A DNA stretch of 64,000 bases from an uncultured Candidatus Saccharibacteria bacterium (GTDB lineage: Bacteria > Patescibacteriota > Minisyncoccia > 2-02-FULL-40-12 > GWA2-44-9), in assembly GCA_964513645.1 (NCBI GenBank), contig CAZENF010000003.1:26425-90424 (forward strand), written 5' to 3'. Every line of letters starts with the position of its first letter. Within the stretch, counting starts at the first letter, position 1. The position numbers and the translations under genes are program-made. Of the stretch, positions 50,681 to 60,354 are shown one piece after another. The notes beneath the pieces are model-generated. The model was not told where the DNA came from. It made no database searches and saw nothing but the letters and a program-made list of their open reading frames with translations.

Positions 50681-52228
50681 AGAAGGATGAACATCTGCGG
50701 AAGCAGGTGTTTTTCCTTTATTAGCTATGTTTTTTGCCGGTTCGAAAGTGGAATTCAGCTTTGGCATCCACTCTGCCAAAAATTCGAACGCAAATGTGTA
50801 ATTTGCGCTTATTTTATCTGCATCCAATGTAAGGTTCGAAAATACATAGCTCAACAGCAACCGGCGGTCCTCAACAGTCGCTTTCTCGCTCTGATAAATC
50901 TGCTTGGCTTTCAACGCGAGCTCGTGAATGGCAAAGCCAGCGGCATAGTATTGCGTGTTTGATTGGTCGAGCTTTCCGAGCTTCTCGAGGATGTTTTCTT
51001 TCTCTTCTGTGTATTCTTTGAATTTGCGCTCATAGAATTCCGGCGCAATCTTGCCGTCTATCTTATCCTCGTAGATTGCTTCCAAGCGGCGCTGAATGCG
51101 CTCTGACTGCGTTACAAGCTCGCGCTTCTGTGCCTCGTAGTAATTTATTTCTTCGGCGTGGCTCTCTTTGAGCGCCTTCTCGAGCAAGCGCAACACACGC
51201 TCATTCTTGGGCGCTACGCCATCGAAGAATGGAAAGAGTTGTTCTTCCACCTTCTCCTGTCTGATGGTCCCTTTTCGTGGGCAACCCTTGTAGTGATTGC
51301 AGTCGCCATACCAGTGGCCTTTCTTGGTATACCAAGTGATAGTGCCACCACAGTCGAGACATTGGACCTTTGCTTTGAACACAGGCAGATGCTTTCGATA
51401 TACAGGGGCTTTGAGTTTCCTTGCGAGCTTTGCCTGCACTTCTTCGAACAGCTCTCTTGAGATTATCGGCTCATGTTCACCCGGATAGATTTCATCTTTC
51501 CATCGGACCTTGCCGTAATAGAAAGGGTCTGAAAGCAAATCGTGCATCCTGCTTTTTCCAACCTTGCCGCCATTTCGGTTTCTCAATCCTTCCTTATACA
51601 TCGTGTCAACGAGAGAGTGCGTTGAATGATTGCCTGAAGAATATAGCTCGAACATTCTGCGGATGTATGGCGCCTTCTCCGGGTCAATGAGATGAATCCG
51701 GTGCCCCTTGTCTCCGTCCGACTTATAACCAAGCGGCGGTTTCGTTGGCAGCCATCCCTGTGCCAATTTTTCTTTCTGTCCTTTCTTCACTTCTTCGGAG
51801 AGGTTGTTGGTGTAGAAGCGAGCAATAGCAACTTTCATATCCCAAACCAAATTTTCGTGGGCCCGGGTGTTTTTGTTCAATACGAAATTCTCTTTTACAA
51901 AGTGAACCTCGCGCTTCGGGTCCGCTTTCACCCAGTCATCAATCGTGCTGGCGTCTTTCAGATTTCTTGTAAGGCGGTCAATCTTTTCACAAGCGATGAT
52001 GTGGACCTTGTGCTTCTCGGCATACTGCATCATTTCGTTGAGAGATTTGCGAATCTGTTTACCGCTTGCCGATTCAGTTATCTTGTAAACTTTCGGGACT
52101 ACAAAACCATGTCTGTCCGAGTAGTCCTTGAGCAGCTTTTCCTGCGCTTCCAATGAATAGCCGGTTTCTTCCTGTTCTTTGGAAGAGACACGGCAGTATA
52201 TGAGTGATTTTTGAGTAGTTATTTCCAT
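50432..52228 (-). CDS. Large serine recombinase (integrase); integrated-state C-terminus reads antisense through tRNA and intron
   Basis: YCRVSS catalytic motif, DRLTRN, PPLGY, GEHEPIIS, CLDCG..C..C zinc ribbon, coiled coil. Confidence 0.93.
   Translation of the reverse strand: MEITTQKSLIYCRVSSKEQEETGYSLEAQEKLLKDYSDRHGFVVPKVYKITESASGKQIRKSLNEMMQYAEKHKVHIIACEKIDRLTRNLKDASTIDDWVKADPKREVHFVKENFVLNKNTRAHENLVWDMKVAIARFYTNNLSEEVKKGQKEKLAQGWLPTKPPLGYKSDGDKGHRIHLIDPEKAPYIRRMFELYSSGNHSTHSLVDTMYKEGLRNRNGGKVGKSRMHDLLSDPFYYGKVRWKDEIYPGEHEPIISRELFEEVQAKLARKLKAPVYRKHLPVFKAKVQCLDCGGTITWYTKKGHWYGDCNHYKGCPRKGTIRQEKVEEQLFPFFDGVAPKNERVLRLLEKALKESHAEEINYYEAQKRELVTQSERIQRRLEAIYEDKIDGKIAPEFYERKFKEYTEEKENILEKLGKLDQSNTQYYAAGFAIHELALKAKQIYQSEKATVEDRRLLLSYVFSNLTLDADKISANYTFAFEFLAEWMPKLNSTFEPAKNIANKGKTPASADVHPSWLRRQDSNLEPSPYTLPNTFVWCGLYHHPKKGASVSSLYGAPCGFPRYYPFFRIRASPISRSVSIHLSMESCDSFHREPLYH
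50455..50639 (+). ncRNA. Group I self-splicing intron, 185 nt, at tRNA position 35/36
   Basis: P1 CUGU|GA:UCGCAG with U-G splice pair; P3 cttcgg/ccgaag; P4 tcggt/accga; P7 gacta/tagtc; GNRA-capped P2, P6 and P9; terminal G. Confidence 0.92.
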
Positions 52229-52235
52229 AAATGCA

Positions 52236-52394
52236 CGAAAGGGACAGCTATGGTTGACCCAATTCCGCGCTCCCGAAGGATTGCCTCACTGGCATAGCTG
52301 CCCCTTTCGGGCAACGAGGCAATAAAAAAATTCGGGGCGTAATCGGAAACCGGGTCAACGAATATATCATAGCATTTTTCAGAGTAATTCTCAA
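52236..52394 (-). promoter_or_regulatory. Recombinase promoter and structured 5' UTR
   Basis: TTGAGA-17 nt-TATGAT with extended TG (52394-52366), followed by interleaved inverted repeats. Confidence 0.65.
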
Positions 52395-52744
52395 ATCAAT
52401 CCCTTTATTTTATAAGCAAGTTCGACAAACTTGCCGCGGATTACAAAGTCCGGTATGACCATAAACTGTCCGTTCTCATCGGAATGGAATTTTACGGCCT
52501 CCAACCCCTGTCTGTGAATTGATAATAACTTTTGGTCCGGTAGAAAATCCTGTGTAAGCAACTGAAACCCCATACTTTCCGTGAGCTTCTGTGGAGTTTT
52601 TGCTGTCTTCGGCGAATAGCCACATTTACGCATTGCTGCACCAACATTCCCACCATTATGTAGGATTTCTGCAAGTGCGAGTTTCTGCTTTATTGTGCCT
52701 TTTATCTGATATTTCATAGGTTTATTTCCACCAAAATCCACCAT
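52391..52744 (-). CDS. HTH protein resembling a phage terminase small subunit
   Basis: NVGAAMRKCGYSPKTAKTPQKL motif. Confidence 0.5.
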   Translation of the reverse strand: MVDFGGNKPMKYQIKGTIKQKLALAEILHNGGNVGAAMRKCGYSPKTAKTPQKLTESMGFQLLTQDFLPDQKLLSIHRQGLEAVKFHSDENGQFMVIPDFVIRGKFVELAYKIKGLI

Positions 52745-52752
52745 TTTTACTA

Positions 52753-52980
52753 TCAGCGCATCCTGTATTTTTTAGCCATTCTTCTACGCATCTTGGATAA
52801 TTCGAATTCACGCATTGCTAACTGCACACTTTTGACGAATCTATCTTCCGGAGAAGATTTACGAGTAATGGGTCTTATCTTCTTTATTGGATTGGATTTG
52901 ATAGTTTTCATTGTTTCTGTAATTTTCTTTATATTTCTTTGAATTTCTTTGGACAAAGTTTCGTTCGGAAAACCGAACAA
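52753..52980 (-). CDS. Small basic hypothetical protein
   Basis: ORF in tandem with its neighbours; start uncertain. Confidence 0.4.
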   Translation of the reverse strand: MFGFPNETLSKEIQRNIKKITETMKTIKSNPIKKIRPITRKSSPEDRFVKSVQLAMREFELSKMRRRMAKKYRMR

Positions 52981-52985
52981 GGTTA

Positions 52986-53441
52986 TTACGGCGGCCGAAA
53001 CATTGTCATCTTTTTTGCCAAATTCACTCTACCCCTTTGCACATTTGCTTGTTCTTGCCTCCGAACAAGTTGTTCGTCAGTTGGAACAATAAGTTTTGGC
53101 AGATGAACAAATTGTTCGGCTTCGTAGATATTCTTTCGTCCTTTCTCGAATATCCACAGATAATGAACAAGTGTTTTTCCACGACCTCTTTTTACGAATC
53201 CTTTGTTTTCCAAACCTGCCAGAGTTACCTGCAATTTGCCTATAGACCAGTTTATTTCCTTACGGAGCTCTCGAATGGTTGCAAAAACTATCGCGTAATT
53301 TTCCTTTTGCCTTTTATCCCAACCTGCTTCCTGAACCAGTAAAAGGTAGAGGACAGTTTCATTCTCATTGAGGAGTTTCAACAATGCCGGCAGGATATAC
53401 CTATACTGTAGAAAGAAACCTGTTTTTTTCATCATAGTCAT
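52986..53441 (-). CDS. Winged-helix protein, possible replication initiator fragment
   Basis: ETVLYLLL...WD...TIREL...L..LENKGFVKR. Confidence 0.5.
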   Translation of the reverse strand: MTMMKKTGFFLQYRYILPALLKLLNENETVLYLLLVQEAGWDKRQKENYAIVFATIRELRKEINWSIGKLQVTLAGLENKGFVKRGRGKTLVHYLWIFEKGRKNIYEAEQFVHLPKLIVPTDEQLVRRQEQANVQRGRVNLAKKMTMFRPP

Positions 53442-53598
53442 TTTTGTTCTTCTCTCGGTAGTGAATTCTCGCCAGTAAATCAAAGTAACCGACAAGATTT
53501 TTCGTAATTTCAGCCACTTCGCCCAGCGTCAAATCCTTCCCATAATCTTCTTTGAGAATCTGCTGCATTTCACGGATTGTCGCTTCGCTAATAGCCAT
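53401..53598 (-). CDS. Small hypothetical protein
   Basis: ISEATIREMQQILKEDYG..LT..E...NLVGYF, a type I recall from CPR elements. Confidence 0.6.
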   Translation of the reverse strand: MAISEATIREMQQILKEDYGKDLTLGEVAEITKNLVGYFDLLARIHYREKNKNDYDEKNRFLSTV

Positions 53599-53600
53599 AA

Positions 53601-53858
53601 TTACTCCCGGGCGTAAAGCCGGGCCTTGATAGTCCGTAGGGCTCCAAAATAGGCCTGCGGTTCGACCTTGATTCCACCGCGCCAGTATTCGTTCACCACT
53701 TCCTCGAGCTTGCTGTCCTGCTGGAAAACAAACTCGGCCTTGCGAGGATTCTGTCTTTCAATGGCTTCAAGAGGATGCGACAGCAAAATAACCGCTGCCA
53801 GTCCGAGGTCGGCGGTTGAGTAGAATTTTTCTTGTCGCGCTTCTTTTTTCATAGTCAT
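53601..53858 (-). CDS. DUF5659-like protein
   Basis: TADLGLAA, FVF, YW, VEPQAYF..LRTIKARLY. Confidence 0.7.
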   Translation of the reverse strand: MTMKKEARQEKFYSTADLGLAAVILLSHPLEAIERQNPRKAEFVFQQDSKLEEVVNEYWRGGIKVEPQAYFGALRTIKARLYARE

Positions 53859-53937
53859 TGATAATCAAAAAACCTGCATCTTTATGATTGCAGGTTCGAC
53901 TTCCGGGCGACATGTTCTTTTATTTGGACTACATAAA

Positions 53938-54702
53938 TTACACAGAGTTTCCTTTACTCATTCGTCTCACGATAGTGCGCAAGGTTTCTTCGCCAACTTT
54001 TTTACCAGTTTCCTTGCTGATGATTTCGGCTATGGCTGCATATTTATTTCTGTAATTACTGACCTGTTTCTTGAGCTCCGAAGCGTCCATAAAGGAATGG
54101 CGTTGCCATGCTCGGTAAATTCCTTTGTGGCGCTCTTTTTTGTCTTTGGAATATCCACGCACTCGAGATTCTTGATGGCCAGCCATCATCATTCGCATTA
54201 GCCCATATTTGGTCCGATAGATGGACTTGAAGTAAGTCAATACTGCCTTTTCCGGCAGGTCGGGACTTATAACGAACAGGGCGCCTTCGGGGTAATCTTT
54301 TTTCAAATTAGCTAACTCTTTTTCGCCAACTGTGTTCAAACTATGCGCAGAAATCCCAAACGGCGTGCGAGCCATTATCTCTTCAGCTTCTTTGCGGTCA
54401 CCGACAATGTAAGACGAAATGAAAACTGTAAAATCGCCGGAATCAAATTGCAAATTCCCGAATTGGTTTTTTATGATAGTAGAGCCCATGTCTGCCAATT
54501 TCAAGCAAGCATTGCGATACTTCTTTTTGAATTTTGGAAGTGTCTCCACATACCACTTTCCGCTATCGCGGATGTTCTCGAATCCTTCTCGCGGTATTGA
54601 AAAAAGACCGCGTTGGTTGCGAACCTCCAAAAGAAAGAGTGAGTTGGATTCCAAGCGCTCCAAAAGTTTGGAGTATCTCGATTGTTTCATTTTCATTGTC
54701 AT
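53938..54702 (-). CDS. Hypothetical protein with C-terminal HTH-like region
   Basis: 254-aa ORF at the head of the leftward operon. Confidence 0.6.
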   Translation of the reverse strand: MTMKMKQSRYSKLLERLESNSLFLLEVRNQRGLFSIPREGFENIRDSGKWYVETLPKFKKKYRNACLKLADMGSTIIKNQFGNLQFDSGDFTVFISSYIVGDRKEAEEIMARTPFGISAHSLNTVGEKELANLKKDYPEGALFVISPDLPEKAVLTYFKSIYRTKYGLMRMMMAGHQESRVRGYSKDKKERHKGIYRAWQRHSFMDASELKKQVSNYRNKYAAIAEIISKETGKKVGEETLRTIVRRMSKGNSV

Positions 54703-54753
54703 TCTTACTTGTAAAATAGCAATTTTATGGCTTTATCTCAACTCAAAACGGCA

Positions 54754-54782
54754 TTGAAAAAACTCTCGGGAATTGATAAGAT
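54754..54782 (+). promoter_or_regulatory. sigma70 promoter
   Basis: TTGAAA-17 nt-TAAGAT. Confidence 0.6.
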
Positions 54783-54789
54783 GAAATTG

Positions 54790-55003
54790 CACAACTGAAT
54801 AAAGCTCGTGAGAGCAGGACCTACAACCCTCGGTAACCATCCCGGTGGCATGGTCTCAAAGTCGGATAAGGCGCAGAGAACCCGTCATGTGGTTGCCTTA
54901 TCCGCCTTATCGGGAAACCGGTAAGTCCACGAAAGTGGAGACCCGTGGCGGGCTTTGTGCGTTCTGCGGACCGCCCGGGCGTTCGAGATTCAATCTCACG
55001 CCC
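54790..55003 (+). ncRNA. Candidate structured RNA or leader
   Basis: Three GNRA-capped hairpins and a 10-bp helix cggataaggc/gccttatccg directly after a promoter. Confidence 0.5.
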
Positions 55004-55315
55004 ATGAAAAAACTACCATCAAGAGACAAAGTATTTTGGAAAAACTTTTTCTACGCACTTTTGATATTTCTGTTTGCCGTAGTAATTTTCACTGTTGAAA
55101 ATAATGCCACTGGTGATGCTCCTACCCCTTTGAGATTCTCTGATTTCACTTCAACGCTTGGACTGGTTGGATTCTTTGCGATAATCGCATGCTGTTATTT
55201 CGTAGCCATGCGATTTGTTCGCTCAAAAAAGATAGACGAGTTTGTTGAAAAGAAGGGACTCACTTACCAAGCGTTCAGAGAAAAATACGGAGAGTTTTTG
55301 GACTACATAGATTGA
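55004..55315 (+). CDS. 2-TM membrane protein
   Basis: ATG right after the structured leader; two hydrophobic helices. Confidence 0.6.
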   Translation: MKKLPSRDKVFWKNFFYALLIFLFAVVIFTVENNATGDAPTPLRFSDFTSTLGLVGFFAIIACCYFVAMRFVRSKKIDEFVEKKGLTYQAFREKYGEFLDYID

Positions 55316-55416
55316 AAAAATAAACCTTGAGCTATGTGATGTAAGATAAGGGGGTGCGGCTGCCGTATGGCAACCTTTTTATTTTTGTTGTAAACTTATG
55401 GTAAGTCGGTATTTTT

Positions 55417-55617
55417 ATGAAACGAAAGCCGAAGAATAGCAAAAATCAGACCTCGCACGATGTTTTGACATTGAAAGAAGCGTGCGAGTTATTGAATTGT
55501 CATCCAAATACACTTCGTAATTGGGACAACAAAGGTGTGCTGCGAGCAATAAGGTTTGGTAGTCGTGGGGACCGGCGCTACCGCAAGCAAGATATTTTGA
55601 AGCTGATAAAAAAATAA
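55417..55617 (+). CDS. Excisionase/MerR-like HTH protein
   Basis: LTLKEACELLNCHPNTLRNWD...GDRRY. Confidence 0.85.
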   Translation: MKRKPKNSKNQTSHDVLTLKEACELLNCHPNTLRNWDNKGVLRAIRFGSRGDRRYRKQDILKLIKK

Positions 55618-55624
55618 GAGCTAT

Positions 55625-57337
55625 ATGGCACGCAAAATAAATTACGACAACTGGTCAAGAGAAGAATTGGAAAAGGAGCTTCGCCGCTTGAAAGAGACGA
55701 AGTATGGTCTTGTTTGGCATCGAGACCTTCCCGAAGAAAAGATTGATGTGCTTATCAATCCCGATGCTCGCACGCCAAATGAAATGTTCCCGAACGAGAT
55801 GGCAGGCAAACCATTTCCAGTTTTGAAAGAAGCAAAATCGAAAGAGGTCAACGGAGATAAAGATAAGCGAATCAACTTGCTTATCGAGGGAGATAATTTT
55901 CATTCACTCGCCGTTCTCAACTTTTCTCATCAAGAAGCGGTGGACCTGATTTACATCGACCCCCCTTATAACCGAGGTGTGAAAGGTGGCAATGATTTCC
56001 GCTATAACGACAAATTTATTGATAGCGAAGACCCTTTTCGGCACAGCAAATGGCTTTCCTTTATGGAAAAAAGGTTGAAGCTGGCAAAGAATTTGATGAA
56101 AGCAACAGGCGTTATTTTCATCAGCATTGACAATACAGAGCAAGCGCCACTGCGCTTACTGTGTGATGAAATTTTTGGGGATAAGAATTTCGTTGGCACT
56201 TTGATTTGGAGAAAAAAAGAAGGTGGCGGCCAAGCTGACGCATATTTTGTTACCGAACATGAATATGTTTTGGCCTACGCAAAGTCCGATAAGTTTCAAT
56301 GGAAGGACGAAGAAATTCCAGTTGATGAAGCGGAATACAACAAGGAAGACGATGAGGGTAAATTCACAGCCGTAAAGTTGGCGAAATGGGGCAACACCGC
56401 TCGAAGAGAGGACCGCCCAAAGATGTATTTCCCTATAAAGTCCCCGGATGGCAAAAATGTTTATCCCATTGCACCCGATGGTGGTGATGGGCGCTGGCGT
56501 GTAGGCAAAAAACGGATGGATATGTTGGTTGAGAAAGACCTTGTTTATTGGCAACAGAAAAATGGCAAGTGGATACCCTACGAGAAGATTTATTTTGATG
56601 GTGATGAAGTCAAGAAAATAAAGGAGAGAAGTATTCTGTTTGACCTTGCCACAACCGCTGACGGAACCAATGAGCTTACGGAAATTTTCGGTAAGAAGGA
56701 TATTTTCGAAAACCCGAAACCAACAGAGCTCATCAAATTCTTTCTCCGTTATGGTGCGGACACTAATGCTGTTGTGCTGGATTTCTTTGCTGGTTCCGGC
56801 ACCACCGGCCAAGCGGTAATGAAAGCAAACCAAGAGGACGGCGGTAATCGCCAATTCATACTGTGCACCAATGACGAGAATGGTATTTGCACGGAAGTTT
56901 GCTATCCACGCCTCAAGAAAGTTATCAAGGGATACAAAAATCCCAAGAATAAAAATGTCGATGGTCTTGGTGGTAATTTGAAATACTTCACTTGCGACTT
57001 CGTAGAAGCAGAGCCAACGGACAGGAATAAAAGAAAGTTGGTCAACGAATCAACGGATATGCTTTGCATCCGAGAGAATGCTTTTGAGTTGGTGCAAGAT
57101 GGGACTGACTTCAAGATTTTCAAGAACGGCGCAAAGTATCTTGGTATCGTCTTTCACGAGGATGCTATTGATGATTTCAAAAAGGCCATAAAGAAAATGG
57201 ACGGCAAATTCAATGTGTATGTGTTCTCGCTGGGAGATGACCCACACGAGAAGCAGTTTATGGATGTAAGAGAAAAGGTCGCTCTCTGTGCCATACCGGA
57301 GGTCATCTTGAAGGTGTATAGAGAGATTTTCAAATAA
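55625..57337 (+). CDS. mod: Type III R-M methyltransferase Mod
   Basis: IEGDN, IYIDPPYN, PKP, LDFFAGSGTT (beta-class order). Confidence 0.9.
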   Translation: MARKINYDNWSREELEKELRRLKETKYGLVWHRDLPEEKIDVLINPDARTPNEMFPNEMAGKPFPVLKEAKSKEVNGDKDKRINLLIEGDNFHSLAVLNFSHQEAVDLIYIDPPYNRGVKGGNDFRYNDKFIDSEDPFRHSKWLSFMEKRLKLAKNLMKATGVIFISIDNTEQAPLRLLCDEIFGDKNFVGTLIWRKKEGGGQADAYFVTEHEYVLAYAKSDKFQWKDEEIPVDEAEYNKEDDEGKFTAVKLAKWGNTARREDRPKMYFPIKSPDGKNVYPIAPDGGDGRWRVGKKRMDMLVEKDLVYWQQKNGKWIPYEKIYFDGDEVKKIKERSILFDLATTADGTNELTEIFGKKDIFENPKPTELIKFFLRYGADTNAVVLDFFAGSGTTGQAVMKANQEDGGNRQFILCTNDENGICTEVCYPRLKKVIKGYKNPKNKNVDGLGGNLKYFTCDFVEAEPTDRNKRKLVNESTDMLCIRENAFELVQDGTDFKIFKNGAKYLGIVFHEDAIDDFKKAIKKMDGKFNVYVFSLGDDPHEKQFMDVREKVALCAIPEVILKVYREIFK

Positions 57338-57341
57338 ATTT

Positions 57342-59573
57342 ATGTGGATTGAATTCAAAGATTATCAAGAAAAAGCCATTGTCAAATTGAAGCAAGAGGT
57401 CAATGACCTCTTGGAGGCCGATGGTAATAAAATTTGCATATTCAAAGCTCCGACCGGCTCCGGTAAGACACTGATGATGGCCGAGTTTTTGAAGCGCCTT
57501 ATTGATTCGAGAATTGACGACAAGAAGTTTTCTTTTATTTGGATTGCTGTGAACAAGTTGCATGACCAAAGCCGCAATAGCTTGAAAAAATACTATGAAC
57601 CACTTGGTATTGCTCTCAAGTGTTCTTATTTCGATGACTTGGATGACCGAAAAATTGGTCCGAATGAAATCCTATTTTTGAACTGGGCAAGCATCAACAA
57701 GAAAGACAATGTGTATGTTCGAGAAAATGAACGAGACAACAACCTCTCGAATATCATTGCACGCACCAAAGAAGAAGGTCGGTCAATCATTTTGATAATT
57801 GATGAGAGCCATCGAAATGCAGAAACAGAAAAATCAAAAGAGCTTATTGATGACATTGGCCCGAAAATCACCATAGAAGTTTCAGCTACGCCGCAGCTCA
57901 AGGGAGTATTTCGTGGTGTGGAGGTTGAACTCAAAGCCGTAAAGGATGAGGGAATGATAAAGAAAGAGGTTGCAATCAACCCGGGATTTGAGACCCTCAA
58001 ACTCGATAAAAAACTTGCTGACAAAACAGCCGATGAAATTGTTGTTGAGGCCGGATTGAAAAAGCGCCTTGAGCTCGCCAAGCAATACGCAGCCGAGGGG
58101 TCAAATGTGAACCCACTCACGCTTATTCAGATACCGGATGCTCGTGCCGGATTGGATAAGAAAGACGCTGTGATTCAGCTTCTTGCTAAATATGGAATTA
58201 CGACAGAGAACGGCAAGCTGGCAATTTATTTGTCCGACAAAGACAACAAGGTCAACCTTGAGAACATAGAGAAAAATGAAAACGAGGTTGAGGTGATGAT
58301 TTTCAAACAAGCCATTGCTGTGGGTTGGGATTGTCCCCGTGCTGCAATCTTGGTGTTATTCCGCGAGTGGAAGAATGTGGTTTTCTCGATTCAAACTATC
58401 GGACGCATTATGCGCATGCCGGAGCACCACCACTACAACAGCTCGGAGCTCAACATGGGCTATGTATACACGAGCTTGAGCGACATCGGTATCGCAGAGG
58501 ATATTTCAAGAGAATACATCACTGTTTTTGAGGGCAATAGGCGTAAGGATTACAAAAACATTGACCTCGCCTCTGTTCACTCAAAACGCTTCCGAGAAGA
58601 AACTCGATTGTCATCTGACTTTGTGCCGATATTTTTCAAAGCAGCAGATGAATTGAAATTGAAAAAGAGCATCTCGCTCAAGCACAGCATCGTAGATACC
58701 AAGCTCATTGCAAGCGGCAAAATTACAGATGTAGATAAAGAGGCAAAGAGTATTGAAAAGAAAGGCACGCTGGATATACCAAAGAATGAAGTCGAGCTAC
58801 AAAATGCCTTCGACTACTTCGCTCGAGAAAATCTTGCTCCCTTTGCACCGGAACTACGCTCGATAAAGCGTATCAATGATTCTATCTATCGTTTCTTCGA
58901 TAAAGAATTCAAAATGGGTGTTGATGAATGGCCGAAGGTGCAAGCAGTGGTCTTGGCAGAGGAAAATCGGCAGAAAATGGTTGATGTTATCAATCGTGCA
59001 AAGGAGCTCTACCAAGATGTTGTTGGTAGAGGTAAACAAGAGTTGGTTGAAAACGAAGAGCCGTGGAATGTGCCGGAGACCATCAACTACAACCTGACCT
59101 TCACGAAGAAAGATTATAAGAAATCAATTATCCAGCCATACTACGCAAGGACAGGCAATGGCAACCTCGAGCTATTCGAAGAAGACAGCGACATCGAAGT
59201 GGACTTTATTGCCTACTTGGAAAAAGCAAAACAAGTGAAGTGGTGGTTCAAGAATGGCCGACAGGATGGCTCATATTTTGCCGTGCCATACACCGAAAAT
59301 GGCATTGAGAAGCCCTTCTATGTCGATTTCGTTGTAATGCTCTCTGACGGCAAAATAGGCCTGTTTGACACGAAGGGTGGCATCTATGCCAAGACGGCCA
59401 AAGAGCGCGCCGAGGGCCTCGCTGCCTATATCGAAAATGAGAATAAGCACGGCAAGAAGTTGCTTGGCGGTATCGTGCTGAAAGACAAAGGTAGCTGGCG
59501 ATACAGCGATAGCAAGAAATACTCTTACGACCCCAAAGACCTTACCAAGTGGAAGTTTTTGGACCTCAACTGA
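57342..59573 (+). CDS. res: Type III R-M restriction subunit Res
   Basis: APTGSGKT, DESH, GWDCP, QTIGRIMR, C-terminal YVDF...DTKG nuclease. Confidence 0.88.
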   Translation: MWIEFKDYQEKAIVKLKQEVNDLLEADGNKICIFKAPTGSGKTLMMAEFLKRLIDSRIDDKKFSFIWIAVNKLHDQSRNSLKKYYEPLGIALKCSYFDDLDDRKIGPNEILFLNWASINKKDNVYVRENERDNNLSNIIARTKEEGRSIILIIDESHRNAETEKSKELIDDIGPKITIEVSATPQLKGVFRGVEVELKAVKDEGMIKKEVAINPGFETLKLDKKLADKTADEIVVEAGLKKRLELAKQYAAEGSNVNPLTLIQIPDARAGLDKKDAVIQLLAKYGITTENGKLAIYLSDKDNKVNLENIEKNENEVEVMIFKQAIAVGWDCPRAAILVLFREWKNVVFSIQTIGRIMRMPEHHHYNSSELNMGYVYTSLSDIGIAEDISREYITVFEGNRRKDYKNIDLASVHSKRFREETRLSSDFVPIFFKAADELKLKKSISLKHSIVDTKLIASGKITDVDKEAKSIEKKGTLDIPKNEVELQNAFDYFARENLAPFAPELRSIKRINDSIYRFFDKEFKMGVDEWPKVQAVVLAEENRQKMVDVINRAKELYQDVVGRGKQELVENEEPWNVPETINYNLTFTKKDYKKSIIQPYYARTGNGNLELFEEDSDIEVDFIAYLEKAKQVKWWFKNGRQDGSYFAVPYTENGIEKPFYVDFVVMLSDGKIGLFDTKGGIYAKTAKERAEGLAAYIENENKHGKKLLGGIVLKDKGSWRYSDSKKYSYDPKDLTKWKFLDLN

Positions 59574-59574
59574 T

Positions 59575-60354
59575 ATGAATTCATTCAAAGACATTGCATA
59601 TCAAATCTTGCAAGAAGCGGGCAAACCTCTTCACAGCAAGGAAATAACAAAAATCGCTCTTGAGCGTGGCTGGTTGAAAACTGCGGGTAAGACACCGGAG
59701 GCCACCATGAACGCTCAAATCGTGGTAGACATCAATGCGAAGAAAGATGCCTCAAGGTTTGTAAAAACTGCGCCATCAACATTTGGTATCAACCCGAGCC
59801 CCACCCTACAAGTGAAAGCGGCTGACAAGGTGAAAGTTTTTGAAGCCCCTCGTTTGGAAAAGAAATGGAAAGTTTCTGCAAATATCTCGACCAAACAGAA
59901 AGGAGATATTGCCGAAGCTCGCATTGCAGAGCTCATCACTTTGTATGGCGATACCACTTTGTCATGCTACAAACCAATTTCTGATGACGAAGGGATTGAC
60001 CTTATCGTGAAAGAGAAAGGTAGTTTGCGGACAATGTATATCCAAATCAAAAGTCGCTTTGGAGATAATCCGGACGATATTTTCACAGCAACCGCAAAAG
60101 CAGGCACACTTGCAGACAATTACTCGATGGCCATAGTGTTTTGCTTTTTCGACACCGAAGAAGGCGATGTATGGGACTTTGTGTGGTTTGTGCCGGCACC
60201 GGATTTTATCAAGATGGCCAATAAGTTGGATGGTGGAAAGATGTTTGGTTTTGTTGCTGGCCGACAAAAGAAAGAATCAAACAAGTGGGACCAGTATTTG
60301 ATTGATAAGCGAGATTTGGCAAATGCCATTCTCGCTCAAATGAAACGGATATGA
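59575..60354 (+). CDS. HARE-HTH plus PD-(D/E)XK endonuclease
   Basis: KPLHSKEI...GKTPEATMNAQI; DEGIDL...IQIKS. Confidence 0.75.
   Translation: MNSFKDIAYQILQEAGKPLHSKEITKIALERGWLKTAGKTPEATMNAQIVVDINAKKDASRFVKTAPSTFGINPSPTLQVKAADKVKVFEAPRLEKKWKVSANISTKQKGDIAEARIAELITLYGDTTLSCYKPISDDEGIDLIVKEKGSLRTMYIQIKSRFGDNPDDIFTATAKAGTLADNYSMAIVFCFFDTEEGDVWDFVWFVPAPDFIKMANKLDGGKMFGFVAGRQKKESNKWDQYLIDKRDLANAILAQMKRI

Noticed and set aside
50350-50694. 114-aa minus-strand ORF
   Set aside because: It is an antisense reading of the tRNA and intron, with no coding features.
50740-50747. GTTCGAAA shared with 62747-62754 as an alternative crossover core
   Set aside because: Crossover there would leave part of the integrase in the chromosome, and it lacks the 12/17 geometry seen at both tRNAs.
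54845-55003. N-terminal extension of the 54845-55315 ORF
   Set aside because: It overlaps the structured GC-rich leader; the ATG at 55004 is more plausible.
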